Virus record (IMG/VR): IMGVR_UViG_3300020583_000001
Coordinates: 1 to 62,366 of that record
Reading direction: 5' to 3' (one strand)
Origin: a virus
Lineage: Duplodnaviria; Caudoviricetes
Length of the DNA: 62,366 bases
Part shown: positions 27,969 to 36,673 of the stretch, one piece after another
Layout of the letters: the number at the start of each line of letters is the position of its first letter
Position numbering within the stretch: position 1 is the stretch's first letter
Program-made: the position numbers and the translations under genes
The notes under the pieces: model-generated
Told to the model about the DNA's origin: nothing
Databases searched by the model: none
The model's input: the letters and a program-made list of their open reading frames with translations, nothing else

Positions 27969-28310
27969 CTATGTTATGGGTGTGATGGGTTGAAGTTTCG
28001 TCGGATCAACGCTCACAATGGTCGCCTGCTGCGATAGTGCTGCCGTCAGCGCGTCATCGAGCAAGGTGATATCCGCAAGCGCTTCCGCTGGCAGCCCTGC
28101 TGTGTTCTTCAACTGAGCGATCACTGCTTGCAGGGATGCGATTACGAGCGTTGAGGTGCTGGCTTGGGACGAAGTACCCACACCGTTCTTTAGGAGCACG
28201 CCGAGCACCGAGGAGATGCTGCCGACAGCGGTGCCAATCGTGCCGGGGATTCCCTTAATGCTCCCGATAGCGGTAGCAACTAAACTAGCTATTAAAAGCG
28301 CGAGGGACAT
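27969..28310 (-). CDS. Hydrophobic membrane-associated protein of the lysis region
   Basis: AAGGAGG RBS before ATG 28310; amphipathic/hydrophobic helices. Confidence 0.6.
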   Translation of the reverse strand: MSLALLIASLVATAIGSIKGIPGTIGTAVGSISSVLGVLLKNGVGTSSQASTSTLVIASLQAVIAQLKNTAGLPAEALADITLLDDALTAALSQQATIVSVDPTKLQPITPIT

Positions 28311-28311
28311 A

Positions 28312-28683
28312 TCACTTTCCTCCTTGGATTTGCGTGGCCAGCGCTGCGATGTCTGCCACAATCTGGTTAATAGCCGCAGTAAGAGCAGCGGTGTTTGATG
28401 TGGCTCCCGAATGATAGACTTGCCATGCGGCTTGGGCGAGGTCATAGTCCTGGATGGATTGGTTGAGAACGGTTTTCTGAGTGGCGGTCAGCGTCACCTT
28501 GCCAGACGCTATATCCGCCTTGATCGCATTAATCCCCGCCTGCGCATCCATGAGCGTCTGGTAGCTCATTTGGTCAAACGAGTTAATAGCGCCGGGAATT
28601 GGTGCGGTAGCAGCTTTGTTGGCGCATCCCAGTCCAGCTAACGACAAGGCAAGCGCGAGCGCAACTACGAGCGATCTCTTCAT
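28312..28683 (-). CDS. Lipoprotein (possible spanin-like component)
   Basis: Type II signal peptide with lipobox GLGC; helical body. Confidence 0.7.
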   Translation of the reverse strand: MKRSLVVALALALSLAGLGCANKAATAPIPGAINSFDQMSYQTLMDAQAGINAIKADIASGKVTLTATQKTVLNQSIQDYDLAQAAWQVYHSGATSNTAALTAAINQIVADIAALATQIQGGK

Positions 28684-28696
28684 GTGGTGCCTCCAG

Positions 28697-28984
28697 TTAA
28701 GAAGTGCTTACAGCATCCAGCCAGAATGTCGTTCCGGTTTCGGCAGTCGTCGGCGTTCCCGAGAGAGTAACGTTGCCAGAAGCGTCCACCGCTGCGGTCA
28801 GTCCTGCTGGGATCTGCGCCGGGGACGCTGGATCGGTCGAAACGGTGAACGGCCCGGTGCCTTGAGCCGTGCCCACTGGAACCGCGTTGACGGGCACGCC
28901 GACTGTTTCAGCTGGCAGGGTTACAGGCACGACAGTCACTCCGGGGTTGATGGTTAAGGTAACTTGAAACTGTGTGGTTGGCAT
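28697..28984 (-). CDS. Stand-alone Ig-like domain protein
   Basis: GGGGAGG RBS; TLP.ETVGVP, GTGPFT and PAGLT...LSGTPT are putative-Ig (He_PIG-like) motifs. Confidence 0.7.
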   Translation of the reverse strand: MPTTQFQVTLTINPGVTVVPVTLPAETVGVPVNAVPVGTAQGTGPFTVSTDPASPAQIPAGLTAAVDASGNVTLSGTPTTAETGTTFWLDAVSTS

Positions 28985-29030
28985 ACAATCCTCCCCTAGA
29001 AAGATGTTGATGATGATAGGTTGACAGCGT

Positions 29031-29444
29031 TTACGCATTGAGAAAACTTCCAAAACTGAATTGCGGATCGACTCCCAACTCTCTCGTAACGTTATTCACC
29101 CAGTTCACCGAGTCTCCCGCCCACTTCTGCCCCAACTCCTGCCACGTCATCTCAGGCGAATATACACTGGATTTTCCCAGAGCGATACGATTAAGTTTGT
29201 CGTATAGCCATTGCCAGCCCACCTCGGCAGAGGGAAAGTGGGTGACGTTTGAGCCCGAGTGCTGCTCGCCACCAAAGGTAATGTAGCCATCGCTAATATC
29301 GCCGGGGTTATTGAGACGAAAAGGATTGGAATCGGGCTGATCGTAACCCTCGGCGACGGCTACCGCATGAGCAATCTCCCACAGCTTGGCGTTCGGATTA
29401 TCAGGCGTAGCGGTCGGCCACGTAGATCGGTCAGCGGTAATCAT
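29031..29444 (-). CDS. Lysozyme-like endolysin (NNPG family)
   Basis: AVAEG, RLNNPGDI, FPSAEVG and WVNNV motifs. Confidence 0.7.
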   Translation of the reverse strand: MITADRSTWPTATPDNPNAKLWEIAHAVAVAEGYDQPDSNPFRLNNPGDISDGYITFGGEQHSGSNVTHFPSAEVGWQWLYDKLNRIALGKSSVYSPEMTWQELGQKWAGDSVNWVNNVTRELGVDPQFSFGSFLNA

Positions 29445-29644
29445 CCCTTCGTATCCCTCTCCGATGGATCAAGGAAATGTAGCGCTAAGAATCCAATCAC
29501 CGCTGCTAGCAACCCACGCGGGAAGTGATTCTCGATGAAGAAGGTGAGGGTCATACCTCCGGTCGGACGCTTCCACAGACCGATAGTCTCCAGTATGAAG
29601 AACGCAGCCAGCCAAACGATCCAAGCGTATCCTTCCCAGTTCAT
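29441..29644 (-). CDS. Small two-TM membrane protein (holin candidate)
   Basis: Two hydrophobic segments; adjacent to the endolysin. Confidence 0.55.
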   Translation of the reverse strand: MNWEGYAWIVWLAAFFILETIGLWKRPTGGMTLTFFIENHFPRGLLAAVIGFLALHFLDPSERDTKG

Positions 29645-30381
29645 GCGAGACTCAGATTGTTGACCGCTACCGAAAGCGGAAGTCCGTTCCCGGTGTCAGC
29701 GGAGCAATAAATTTGCACCTGGATCAACATTTGATTCCTTGTCCAGTTAGTCGGCAAAGCCTTGAAGTTCTGACCGATGGGATAAGTGTTCGTCCCGGCC
29801 TGCACGCTCACGATGCCGAAGGTTTCATTGCTGAAATCGAACTCCATAACCGTGGCACGATGAACCCAGACTCCAGCGGGAAACGCTGTTGGGTTGAACT
29901 TCGTAGCTTCCCATTCCCCCTTGGGACCGGACACCACCAGTGTGTTAGGTGGGGCCACGTCAGGATACTTCCAGACGCAAGCCGTGCTGCAATTCTCCCC
30001 AAATCCATTAGCGTCTGTTAGCCGCCCGTCGAACTCGTCCATCCCGTCTGGCCCGGAGATATACATATAGTCGCAGGAAAGCGTATGCTGTCCACTCTGC
30101 CAGCCAGTGGTTGGAACGCTTAGATACCACAACCCGGTCGCCTTATAAGGTCCGGTGATCGAGAATAACTGGGAGCCGTCCTTCTGCTGCGAGGTGACAT
30201 GAGAACGAGTAGCGACTCCACCGATTCCGTTGGTGCCGCCGTCATGGTAGCCCCAGCTCCCCTGCTGAAGCTGCTGGCCCGCATTCCAGTTGAACTGGAT
30301 GGGTGGAGTGGATGCCAGCGTCACTTGCTTGCCAGCGTTTACTGCCGCTATGGCTGTAGCGAGATCATTTGTATCTGTCAT
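29641..30381 (-). CDS. ConA-like beta-sandwich protein, paralogous to the C-terminal domain of 17877-19826
   Basis: Colinear motifs FSITGP...LW, WVH and IQVQI. Confidence 0.6.
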   Translation of the reverse strand: MTDTNDLATAIAAVNAGKQVTLASTPPIQFNWNAGQQLQQGSWGYHDGGTNGIGGVATRSHVTSQQKDGSQLFSITGPYKATGLWYLSVPTTGWQSGQHTLSCDYMYISGPDGMDEFDGRLTDANGFGENCSTACVWKYPDVAPPNTLVVSGPKGEWEATKFNPTAFPAGVWVHRATVMEFDFSNETFGIVSVQAGTNTYPIGQNFKALPTNWTRNQMLIQVQIYCSADTGNGLPLSVAVNNLSLA

Positions 30382-30514
30382 TTTCCAACTCCTTTAACTT
30401 TTGTTCCAAATCCGCAATCCGCTGCTTGATCGCCCAACTGATGACGGTATCGTACTGGCCGGGGCTGATCCGGCGTAGGCGTTCGAGTTCCTCTTTAATC
30501 TCATCAACACTCAC
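30365..30514 (-). CDS. Small coiled-coil protein (49 aa)
   Basis: Translated by hand: MSVDEIKEELERLRRISPGQY...; GTGA coupling fills the gap. Confidence 0.55.
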   Translation of the reverse strand: MSVDEIKEELERLRRISPGQYDTVISWAIKQRIADLEQKLKELENDRYK

Positions 30515-30744
30515 GGCAGCGGTGTTTGCGGAACTCCGGGTACAGTTACTGAATGCGAATCACGTTCCTGCTGCCGTCCTTCCGCGTGCGCGGCTTTGAC
30601 CAGCTGATCCAATCGGCTGTTAATGCTAAGGTGAACCTCGTTGATCTTCCCCCGGTTGATCCACCCCAGCACAACACCGCCCATTGCCACCACGCTGGGT
30701 GGGGTAGCGGCAATAATAGCGATCTTGACGGCTTCAGAGATCAT
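30511..30744 (-). CDS. Single-TM membrane protein (holin-like)
   Basis: TM segment followed by INEVHLSINSRLDQL coiled coil. Confidence 0.6.
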   Translation of the reverse strand: MISEAVKIAIIAATPPSVVAMGGVVLGWINRGKINEVHLSINSRLDQLVKAAHAEGRQQERDSHSVTVPGVPQTPLP

Positions 30745-30956
30745 CGCGGTGGTAAGTCGCCGTTATAGGGAGCCAGTATCCAGTTAGTCGCCTGCTCTTG
30801 CTCTGGCGTTGGCGTAAACGGGCCCAGATCGGTTTCCGCTACCAGATGCAGAGTCCCGTCGGTCCACTTCACGACCGCTTCCGGTGACGGCATGTTGCCT
30901 TGATAGGTACATTGATTGCCCATCATTATTCCAGCTTTAGCTTGTTTCCAAGTCAT
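30741..30956 (-). CDS. Hypothetical protein, weakly DUF2829/Tad2-like
   Basis: MTWKQA start and PFTPT.E...ATNW end resemble the M.F..A...W.P...D..A.DW pattern of that family. Confidence 0.45.
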   Translation of the reverse strand: MTWKQAKAGIMMGNQCTYQGNMPSPEAVVKWTDGTLHLVAETDLGPFTPTPEQEQATNWILAPYNGDLPPR

Positions 30957-31579
30957 TGGACCTCCTTATAGTCCGCGTGTGGCCCGGTGAAAGTGTTGCA
31001 CTCCCCATCCGGCCCCTCACTAATTTCAAATGCTACCTTGTAAGTATGCCCAGCATCGAAATCAGGGTCGATCTCGGGTGGTGGACAAACGGCAAACTTA
31101 CGAAGTTCATTATCCAAAGGCTTGTCATCCATCGTGAAGAACTTGGCTCGCACGAGACGCGGTTTAACCTTCTCGAATACTCTCATCTTGTACGGCCCGC
31201 GCTCGTTGTCGTAGCGGTGCGCCTCTCGCATATCCGTCTGCCAGATTCCCACCGAGAACAAGGTCATTGCTGTGATGAGAAATCCAAAGGTAACGCTAGT
31301 CGAGATCGCCTGGATCGCGGGGACGCGGGAGCATTCCATAGAGGTAGAATATCCCCCTGACCCACTCTCTAAATCGGTTCTGATCTTCTTCAAACTGCTC
31401 CCGGTCTGCGAGGAATTTATCCATCCGAGCAACTTCCCGATGGATTGCAAATTTAACCATCCAACAAAAAGCAGCAAACACGCCAGCGCCGACAGCCCCC
31501 ATAACAGCGATGAGAAGACTGATTTGCTCACGATCAGAGAGTTCATAAAGTGCAAGCGTGAAAGCAGCCACATCTTCAA
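30953..31579 (-). CDS. Membrane-anchored hypothetical protein (start uncertain, possibly near 31340)
   Basis: C-terminal half is protein-like (TM plus soluble domain); N-terminal half overlaps ORF 31296-31571. Confidence 0.5.
   Translation of the reverse strand: MKMWLLSRLHFMNSLIVSKSVFSSLLWGLSALACLLLFVGWLNLQSIGKLLGWINSSQTGSSLKKIRTDLESGSGGYSTSMECSRVPAIQAISTSVTFGFLITAMTLFSVGIWQTDMREAHRYDNERGPYKMRVFEKVKPRLVRAKFFTMDDKPLDNELRKFAVCPPPEIDPDFDAGHTYKVAFEISEGPDGECNTFTGPHADYKEVQ
31296..31571 (-). CDS. Single-TM protein with coiled coil (holin/antiholin-like)
   Basis: AGGAG RBS 8 nt before GTG; TM segment then charged helix. Confidence 0.55.
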   Translation of the reverse strand: MAAFTLALYELSDREQISLLIAVMGAVGAGVFAAFCWMVKFAIHREVARMDKFLADREQFEEDQNRFREWVRGIFYLYGMLPRPRDPGDLD

Positions 31580-31582
31580 CTC

Positions 31583-31894
31583 CTAAGTCGTTTTAGTCGC
31601 TTCCGTCTCCGCTGCTGCCACCTTATGCGCTTCAACCTGTGCTATCGCTGCCGGATCGGGTGGCTTACCAAAGTAAGTTTGCGTGCCCGAGGTTGGATCG
31701 TTTAACCGCAGACTGGGGAATAGCCTTGGTAATGCGGCCCCGATGCTGGTCGAGAATGCAAATGCCCACTTGTAGAATCCGTTACTGTTGTTGTTCGGGC
31801 TGGGGAGCGCCGATACAAAGTTGGAAAATAGAAAGTAAGCTCCCAGCGCGACGATGGTCTGGTGAGCCACGATGAAAGCCCAGAGGGCGGTCAT
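31583..31894 (-). CDS. Membrane protein (holin-like)
   Basis: ATG 31894 coupled to the upstream stop; hydrophobic helices, VSALPSP...FYKW motif. Confidence 0.65.
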   Translation of the reverse strand: MTALWAFIVAHQTIVALGAYFLFSNFVSALPSPNNNSNGFYKWAFAFSTSIGAALPRLFPSLRLNDPTSGTQTYFGKPPDPAAIAQVEAHKVAAAETEATKTT

Positions 31895-32067
31895 CGCAGT
31901 GGATGGCCCCCGTAGCCAAGACCGCCAAGCAACACGCTTAGGTAATAGCAAGCCAGAGATGCCCAGCCCAGATGCCAGCGAAAGTTAGGTGCAGGAGCGT
32001 ATGGCCCTACGAACACCGCGATCACAGCAAGTACGAACGCAAATACCAGCAGAATCGTGCTAATCAT
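31891..32067 (-). CDS. Small two-TM membrane protein (58 aa)
   Basis: AAGGAGG RBS; MISTILLVFAFVLAVIAVF...HLGWASLACYYLS. Confidence 0.75.
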   Translation of the reverse strand: MISTILLVFAFVLAVIAVFVGPYAPAPNFRWHLGWASLACYYLSVLLGGLGYGGHPLR

Positions 32068-32076
32068 GGTTCCTCC

Positions 32077-33396
32077 TTATTGCAGTGTTAACAACAAGTA
32101 ATACAAATATACGACCAATGTCCCGTTACCCAAAGTCATATTCGACCCGCCCGACGCGCCGATGGTATAAGGCTGATTATTAAGCAGAGTCAGGGCTCCA
32201 TGCGCGGCAGCGATGGCCAGCGATGCGATCTGCGATACCGTCTGATCGAGGAATCCGGTTTCAGCAAAGGTGATCTTGAACGCGGTGCCAGCGTTGTTCC
32301 AGTCGAGGATCAAAGAATCGCCGTTGATCGTGTACGCGGTCGTGTTGTAATCGTAGCCAAGCGAGATGGCAACCGGGTAGATGGCAAAGCCTGCGCCAGG
32401 AGCGGCGACCAGTGTAATCGGCGTGCCATGTAATGCCAGGAGTTGCGCCGAGGTTAGCGTCGTGTAAACGGTGATGATCGGCGACAGGCCAGCTTGGTTG
32501 ACGAACTGCGTGGTAGCGATCTTGGTGGATACGTCACCGATGGACGGCGTGGGAGCGGTTGGCGTGCCGGTAAGCGCAGGGGAAGCTAAAGGAGCAGCGC
32601 CGGTAACTTGGGCTACAGTGTAATCGCCGCTCACCGGGACTACCGCCCCCGAGCGAGTGTTCCATGTGGTAACGCCGGTCGATGGCAGCGCGGCCTGCAC
32701 GAACGCCGTGGTGGCAAGCTGGGTCGTGTTGGTGCCAAACGATGCCGTGGGACCAGCCGGGACTCCAGTGAAGGTCGGAGTAGCGAGCGGTGCCGCTCCG
32801 GTGACTTGGGAGACGGTATAGTCGCCGGTAGTCGGTACGACGGCACCAGTGCGGGAGTTGAAGCTGGTCACGCCGGTGGAGGGGATAGCCGCTTGTACGA
32901 ACGCGGTCGTGGCGATCTGCGTGGAGGTAGTGCCAAAGGTAGCAGTCGGCGCGGTGGGAACGCCGGTCAGTGCCGGAGATGCGAGAGGAGCCGCGCCGGT
33001 TATCTGAGCGACTGCGTAGTCTCCGGTCTGGGCGATGACCGTGCCCGTGCGACCGAAGACCGAGTTGACCGTGCCTGCGCCACCTGCGGGATCGTTCAGC
33101 AGGATATCGGAGATGGTAATCGGAGAGGCAGGACCGGAGCCAGCGTTGTTTGAAAGGATCACGTCGTAGCGATTGTTAGCGGCGTAGAAGGTGAATTGAC
33201 CGTTCGAGTTCGCGGTGAAGGGATTGGCGAGAGGGGTGATGCCGTTGTCGGAGTAGATGGTAGCAAGGCCAGCGCCGTGCAAATTTACAGTGACAAGACA
33301 CAACGGGTAGGAGCCCTCGACGACCGTCGTCGAAGATAGTCCCGAGGTGACTACCTGCACATCTCCTTGTTGGGCAAATCCCGTGTACGATTGCAT
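32077..33396 (-). CDS. Tail/head fibre protein with three 66-aa repeats
   Basis: N-terminal virion-binding domain ATIYSD...LANPFTANSNGQFTFYA; APLASPALTG.PTAPT...IATTAFV repeats; TGATG coupling. Confidence 0.85.
   Translation of the reverse strand: MQSYTGFAQQGDVQVVTSGLSSTTVVEGSYPLCLVTVNLHGAGLATIYSDNGITPLANPFTANSNGQFTFYAANNRYDVILSNNAGSGPASPITISDILLNDPAGGAGTVNSVFGRTGTVIAQTGDYAVAQITGAAPLASPALTGVPTAPTATFGTTSTQIATTAFVQAAIPSTGVTSFNSRTGAVVPTTGDYTVSQVTGAAPLATPTFTGVPAGPTASFGTNTTQLATTAFVQAALPSTGVTTWNTRSGAVVPVSGDYTVAQVTGAAPLASPALTGTPTAPTPSIGDVSTKIATTQFVNQAGLSPIITVYTTLTSAQLLALHGTPITLVAAPGAGFAIYPVAISLGYDYNTTAYTINGDSLILDWNNAGTAFKITFAETGFLDQTVSQIASLAIAAAHGALTLLNNQPYTIGASGGSNMTLGNGTLVVYLYYLLLTLQ
32495..33072 (-). 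repeat. Three intragenic repeats with a 198-bp period
   Basis: Equivalent Val codons at 33069, 32871 and 32673. Confidence 0.85.
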
Positions 33397-34412
33397 CAGG
33401 ATTGCACTCCAGCGAATCCGGGGGAGGCCACGCCGCCCTGCGTATTGTAAAATGCCAGCCACTTCGCGTAGTTCGAGCGAGTGCGCGTCGAGAACCAGTT
33501 GTCTACGCGATCACGATCCATCTGTCGATACTTCCTAAACAGCGTGTCGTACTCCTTGTTCGCCGCTCCCATCAGGAACTTGAAGTCCGGCCCTTGGTTA
33601 CGCGGCGTCGTGTCCTTGTTCGCCTCGGCCCATTCATAGGCATAGTATTTAGCACGAGCGATCACCACGTCTTGGCCAATCACATAGGGCAAAGTATCCG
33701 TCGGCTTGGCAAGGTCTGGTCCGAAGCGAATCCCGTAAAGTTGATAGTTCACATTGAACGTCGGAATCCCCCACAGGAAATACATCAGCGAGCCGTAGGT
33801 TGGCGAGGCTGGGTTCTGGTCGTCCTGATAAGGGATCACATCCGAGGGTATGCCGTACCACGTCCGCTGCGGGTCTTGCACGTCAATGTCGCGCATCTGA
33901 TAGCGCTCGGTGTAGAGGTCTATGAAGTTTTGCATGTCGCGGACGCTGATCCATGTGCGAAAGTCCTTGATCGGAGAATTCTGGACTATGGGAACGTAAT
34001 AGCACTGAAAGATGGAGAACTGGGCTCCAGTGAGCGAAGGCTCTCCATACCAGCGGTCGAGGGTCGCTACGCCAGTGCCAGAGTTCCATCCCCAGATGTT
34101 GTAGATGCCACCGCTGGCAATGCGGAACTGGCGCTGAGTGATGAGGGAATAGGGCTGAGAGGCTGCGAGGGCGTTAATGGCGGCGGTAGCGGTGGCATCA
34201 AACGTGACAGTCGAGGAGCCTTGGACGGTGGTAACAGTGCCGGTTGAGGCGACCTGTGGAGGAGCGATCCATTGGCCCTCGAATAGTTGGAAGGACCAGA
34301 GGTTCTGGCGGCGGAGGTCGGCATAGGCGCGGTTGATCAGGGTCTTTGTGTAGGACATCGCCATCTTTGGCACTACACCGCGCAACTCGGTTTGAAGGTC
34401 AAGCAAGGCCAT
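33396..34412 (-). CDS. Head-tail adaptor/connector protein
   Basis: LQTELR...LINRAY...WSF adaptor-type N-terminus; first gene after the capsid terminator. Confidence 0.65.
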   Translation of the reverse strand: MALLDLQTELRGVVPKMAMSYTKTLINRAYADLRRQNLWSFQLFEGQWIAPPQVASTGTVTTVQGSSTVTFDATATAAINALAASQPYSLITQRQFRIASGGIYNIWGWNSGTGVATLDRWYGEPSLTGAQFSIFQCYYVPIVQNSPIKDFRTWISVRDMQNFIDLYTERYQMRDIDVQDPQRTWYGIPSDVIPYQDDQNPASPTYGSLMYFLWGIPTFNVNYQLYGIRFGPDLAKPTDTLPYVIGQDVVIARAKYYAYEWAEANKDTTPRNQGPDFKFLMGAANKEYDTLFRKYRQMDRDRVDNWFSTRTRSNYAKWLAFYNTQGGVASPGFAGVQS

Positions 34413-34426
34413 AGCTGATCCCTGTT

Positions 34427-34451
34427 AAAAAGGCGCGACCGAAGCCGCGCC
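34427..34451 (-). terminator. Intrinsic terminator after the capsid genes
   Basis: GGCGCGGC-TTCG-GTCGCGCC-TTTTT. Confidence 0.85.
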
Positions 34452-34475
34452 ATCAAGTTTACTCCTCCCCGAACA

Positions 34476-34853
34476 TCACACGCAGTCAAGTGTCAGGCGA
34501 ACGTACTCCGCTGACAGGTTGGTCGCCGCGCTAGCTTCAGTTGAGATCGCGCCGAACGCAGCGGAGGTCGTGTACCATTGCACGGTGAATTTGGCGACGG
34601 CTGATCCTGGCTGGGTCTGCGTAGCCGTGTTGAGCTTAATGTTGACGATGTAGTTGCCGGAGTTGGAGTAACCGGACCACGACGCGCCTGCGGATTCGAA
34701 TCCCCCCACACCTACGTCGGAGGCGTTGACCACATCACCTACGCCTGTTGCGGCAACGTATTGAACGTAGGAGGTAGGACCGTAGTGGTCCACCTTCATC
34801 TGGATCTTCGCGCCGACCGCTTGCGGGTATCCGTAGACTATCGTGTTCGCCAT
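34476..34853 (-). CDS. Putative head decoration/fibre protein
   Basis: AAGGAG RBS; C-terminal EASAATNLS motif; follows the capsid genes. Confidence 0.6.
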   Translation of the reverse strand: MANTIVYGYPQAVGAKIQMKVDHYGPTSYVQYVAATGVGDVVNASDVGVGGFESAGASWSGYSNSGNYIVNIKLNTATQTQPGSAVAKFTVQWYTTSAAFGAISTEASAATNLSAEYVRLTLDCV

Positions 34854-34862
34854 TGCGTCTCC

Positions 34863-35519
34863 TTAAATCCGGCTTAGGCCACGGGTAATTGCCACCTTGA
34901 CAACGGTTGAAGTGGTAACAGTAGCGAGCGAGATGCCAATGACCGATCCGGTTATCAGCGCGGTCATCGCGGTGCCGGAGGTAAGGTTGTCAGCCGTCGA
35001 GGCTACCACCGCCGATGCCTTGGCGATAACCGTGCCGCCGGAGGTAACCGCCGAGACGGTTGAGTCAAAGAGAACTCCCGCCACGCCCATGACCTGAATC
35101 CAGCCGAGGTTGCCAGCAGTGATGACGTTGATGAACACTCCGAGGACTTGCGTCGGGACTAGGGTGGTCGGAGTTGCAGTCGAGGTTACTTGATATTGAG
35201 TCGAGGGACCGCCGGATGCCGCTGTCGAACCCACGGACGCGCCAGTGAAATAGGCCAGAGTGCCGACCGCCGGCGTGCCTCCCGTCGAGAGCGTGTTGAC
35301 GTACATGTAGACGCCGCCGTAGAGAGTGCCAATGGCGGTGTCAGAGAGCGCGTAGGCAGTCGTGTCATCGAGGATGATGCGGTCGCCGGGTATGTTCTGC
35401 TGGTACTGCGAGAACCCCGTAGGCATGGATGTCAACTGCCCGCCCTGCAACGAATCGTTGACATCGTTGAGGTACTTGGCCGAGAGGTAAAACGGCGGCT
35501 TTACGAAAGTGTCTGCCAT
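34863..35519 (-). CDS. Putative capsid cement/decoration protein
   Basis: YMYV and GWIQVMG motifs; directly downstream of the major capsid gene. Confidence 0.65.
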   Translation of the reverse strand: MADTFVKPPFYLSAKYLNDVNDSLQGGQLTSMPTGFSQYQQNIPGDRIILDDTTAYALSDTAIGTLYGGVYMYVNTLSTGGTPAVGTLAYFTGASVGSTAASGGPSTQYQVTSTATPTTLVPTQVLGVFINVITAGNLGWIQVMGVAGVLFDSTVSAVTSGGTVIAKASAVVASTADNLTSGTAMTALITGSVIGISLATVTTSTVVKVAITRGLSRI

Positions 35520-35528
35520 AGCGTCTCC

Positions 35529-36662
35529 TTAGAATCCAGCTCCGTAAAAGTGCATGTTGTCTCTCGGTGAGAGGCAATAAACGTTCAGCGCGATCTTGAA
35601 GAATCCGACGACCAGATCAGCGTTGGTTTGCGACCGCACCCACGGCGTAAAGTTGAAGTTGTATTCTGGGTCGGTAGTCGGGCGTACCTTCCAGCCTTGG
35701 GAGCGAAGCACAAAGATCGGCTCGCCGGGATTGATGGTCTTGTTAGCTGGGAGATTCGAGATCGACGAGATGCCCGAGGTTGCCGAAGTGAAGGTAGCAG
35801 GCTTTACGGCGGTGGTCTGTGACAGCCCGGTCGGGAGTAGCTGGCCGTACTTCGTCGAGGGGCAGAGCTTATCCACGAAGAACATGGTGGACATAACACG
35901 GAATCCACTCATGCCCATCTTCACGTCCTGCTCCTCGCCGTAGCGCTGCTTGGGATCGAGGCGTTCGAGAGCGTAGGCGTAGGCAGCTTTGTTCATCACG
36001 CCGAAGTCAGGCGGCTGCACGCAATTGAGGATACCTTCGACCAAGGGCTTGTAGGCGAGCTGGCCCGTGTTGCCGTTCTGGTCGCCCAACCAGATGGGAA
36101 TCGAGTTGAGGGTATTGCCGACTGCTCCGTTGCGGGTCTGACCGCCATAGGTGGTGAAGATGTTACCGTCCCAGGAATTGGTCACGCCGTCGTTCATGGC
36201 TTCAGCGAAGCCGTTGATGTAGACGATACGGTTCGAGCCGGAGATGTTCTGGCCGTGATGAAAGATGTCGATACCGAGATCGGTATTCGCCGCTTGTACC
36301 GCGTTGGTCATGTAGGCGTCGATGATCTTCACTTTGCCAGCGGGGCCAGCGTTGATGACGCCGACTTGAAAGAGGTTGACGCCGATCTGCTCCAGGTATT
36401 CCTTGGGCTGGAAGGCGGTCGCGGCAAGGATCTGCACTTGGGACACGTTCACGTCGGTGCCAGGAGCGATAGCGCCGCCGTTCACGCGGTTGTACTGGAA
36501 CGGATTCTGCATGGCAGTGCCGCCCGCGTAGTCGTCGAGAGCACCGGCGAGGCGGAGCTTGCGCAAAGTTGTTGAGTCAACAAAGAAGTTATCTATCACG
36601 ACGTCGTCGCGAAGATCGGCTAGTGTAGTTGCACTTATTTGATCAAAACTCGGATCAGCCAC
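35529..36662 (-). CDS. Major capsid protein
   Basis: 377 aa; ISATTL...VIDNFF...L N-terminus; strong RBS; after portal and scaffold. Confidence 0.88.
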   Translation of the reverse strand: MADPSFDQISATTLADLRDDVVIDNFFVDSTTLRKLRLAGALDDYAGGTAMQNPFQYNRVNGGAIAPGTDVNVSQVQILAATAFQPKEYLEQIGVNLFQVGVINAGPAGKVKIIDAYMTNAVQAANTDLGIDIFHHGQNISGSNRIVYINGFAEAMNDGVTNSWDGNIFTTYGGQTRNGAVGNTLNSIPIWLGDQNGNTGQLAYKPLVEGILNCVQPPDFGVMNKAAYAYALERLDPKQRYGEEQDVKMGMSGFRVMSTMFFVDKLCPSTKYGQLLPTGLSQTTAVKPATFTSATSGISSISNLPANKTINPGEPIFVLRSQGWKVRPTTDPEYNFNFTPWVRSQTNADLVVGFFKIALNVYCLSPRDNMHFYGAGF

Positions 36663-36673
36663 GGTTTTTCTCC

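Noticed and set aside
6693-33396. Diversity-generating retroelement or invertible fibre cassette
   Set aside because: No reverse transcriptase or invertase, and no template/variable repeat pair seen by eye
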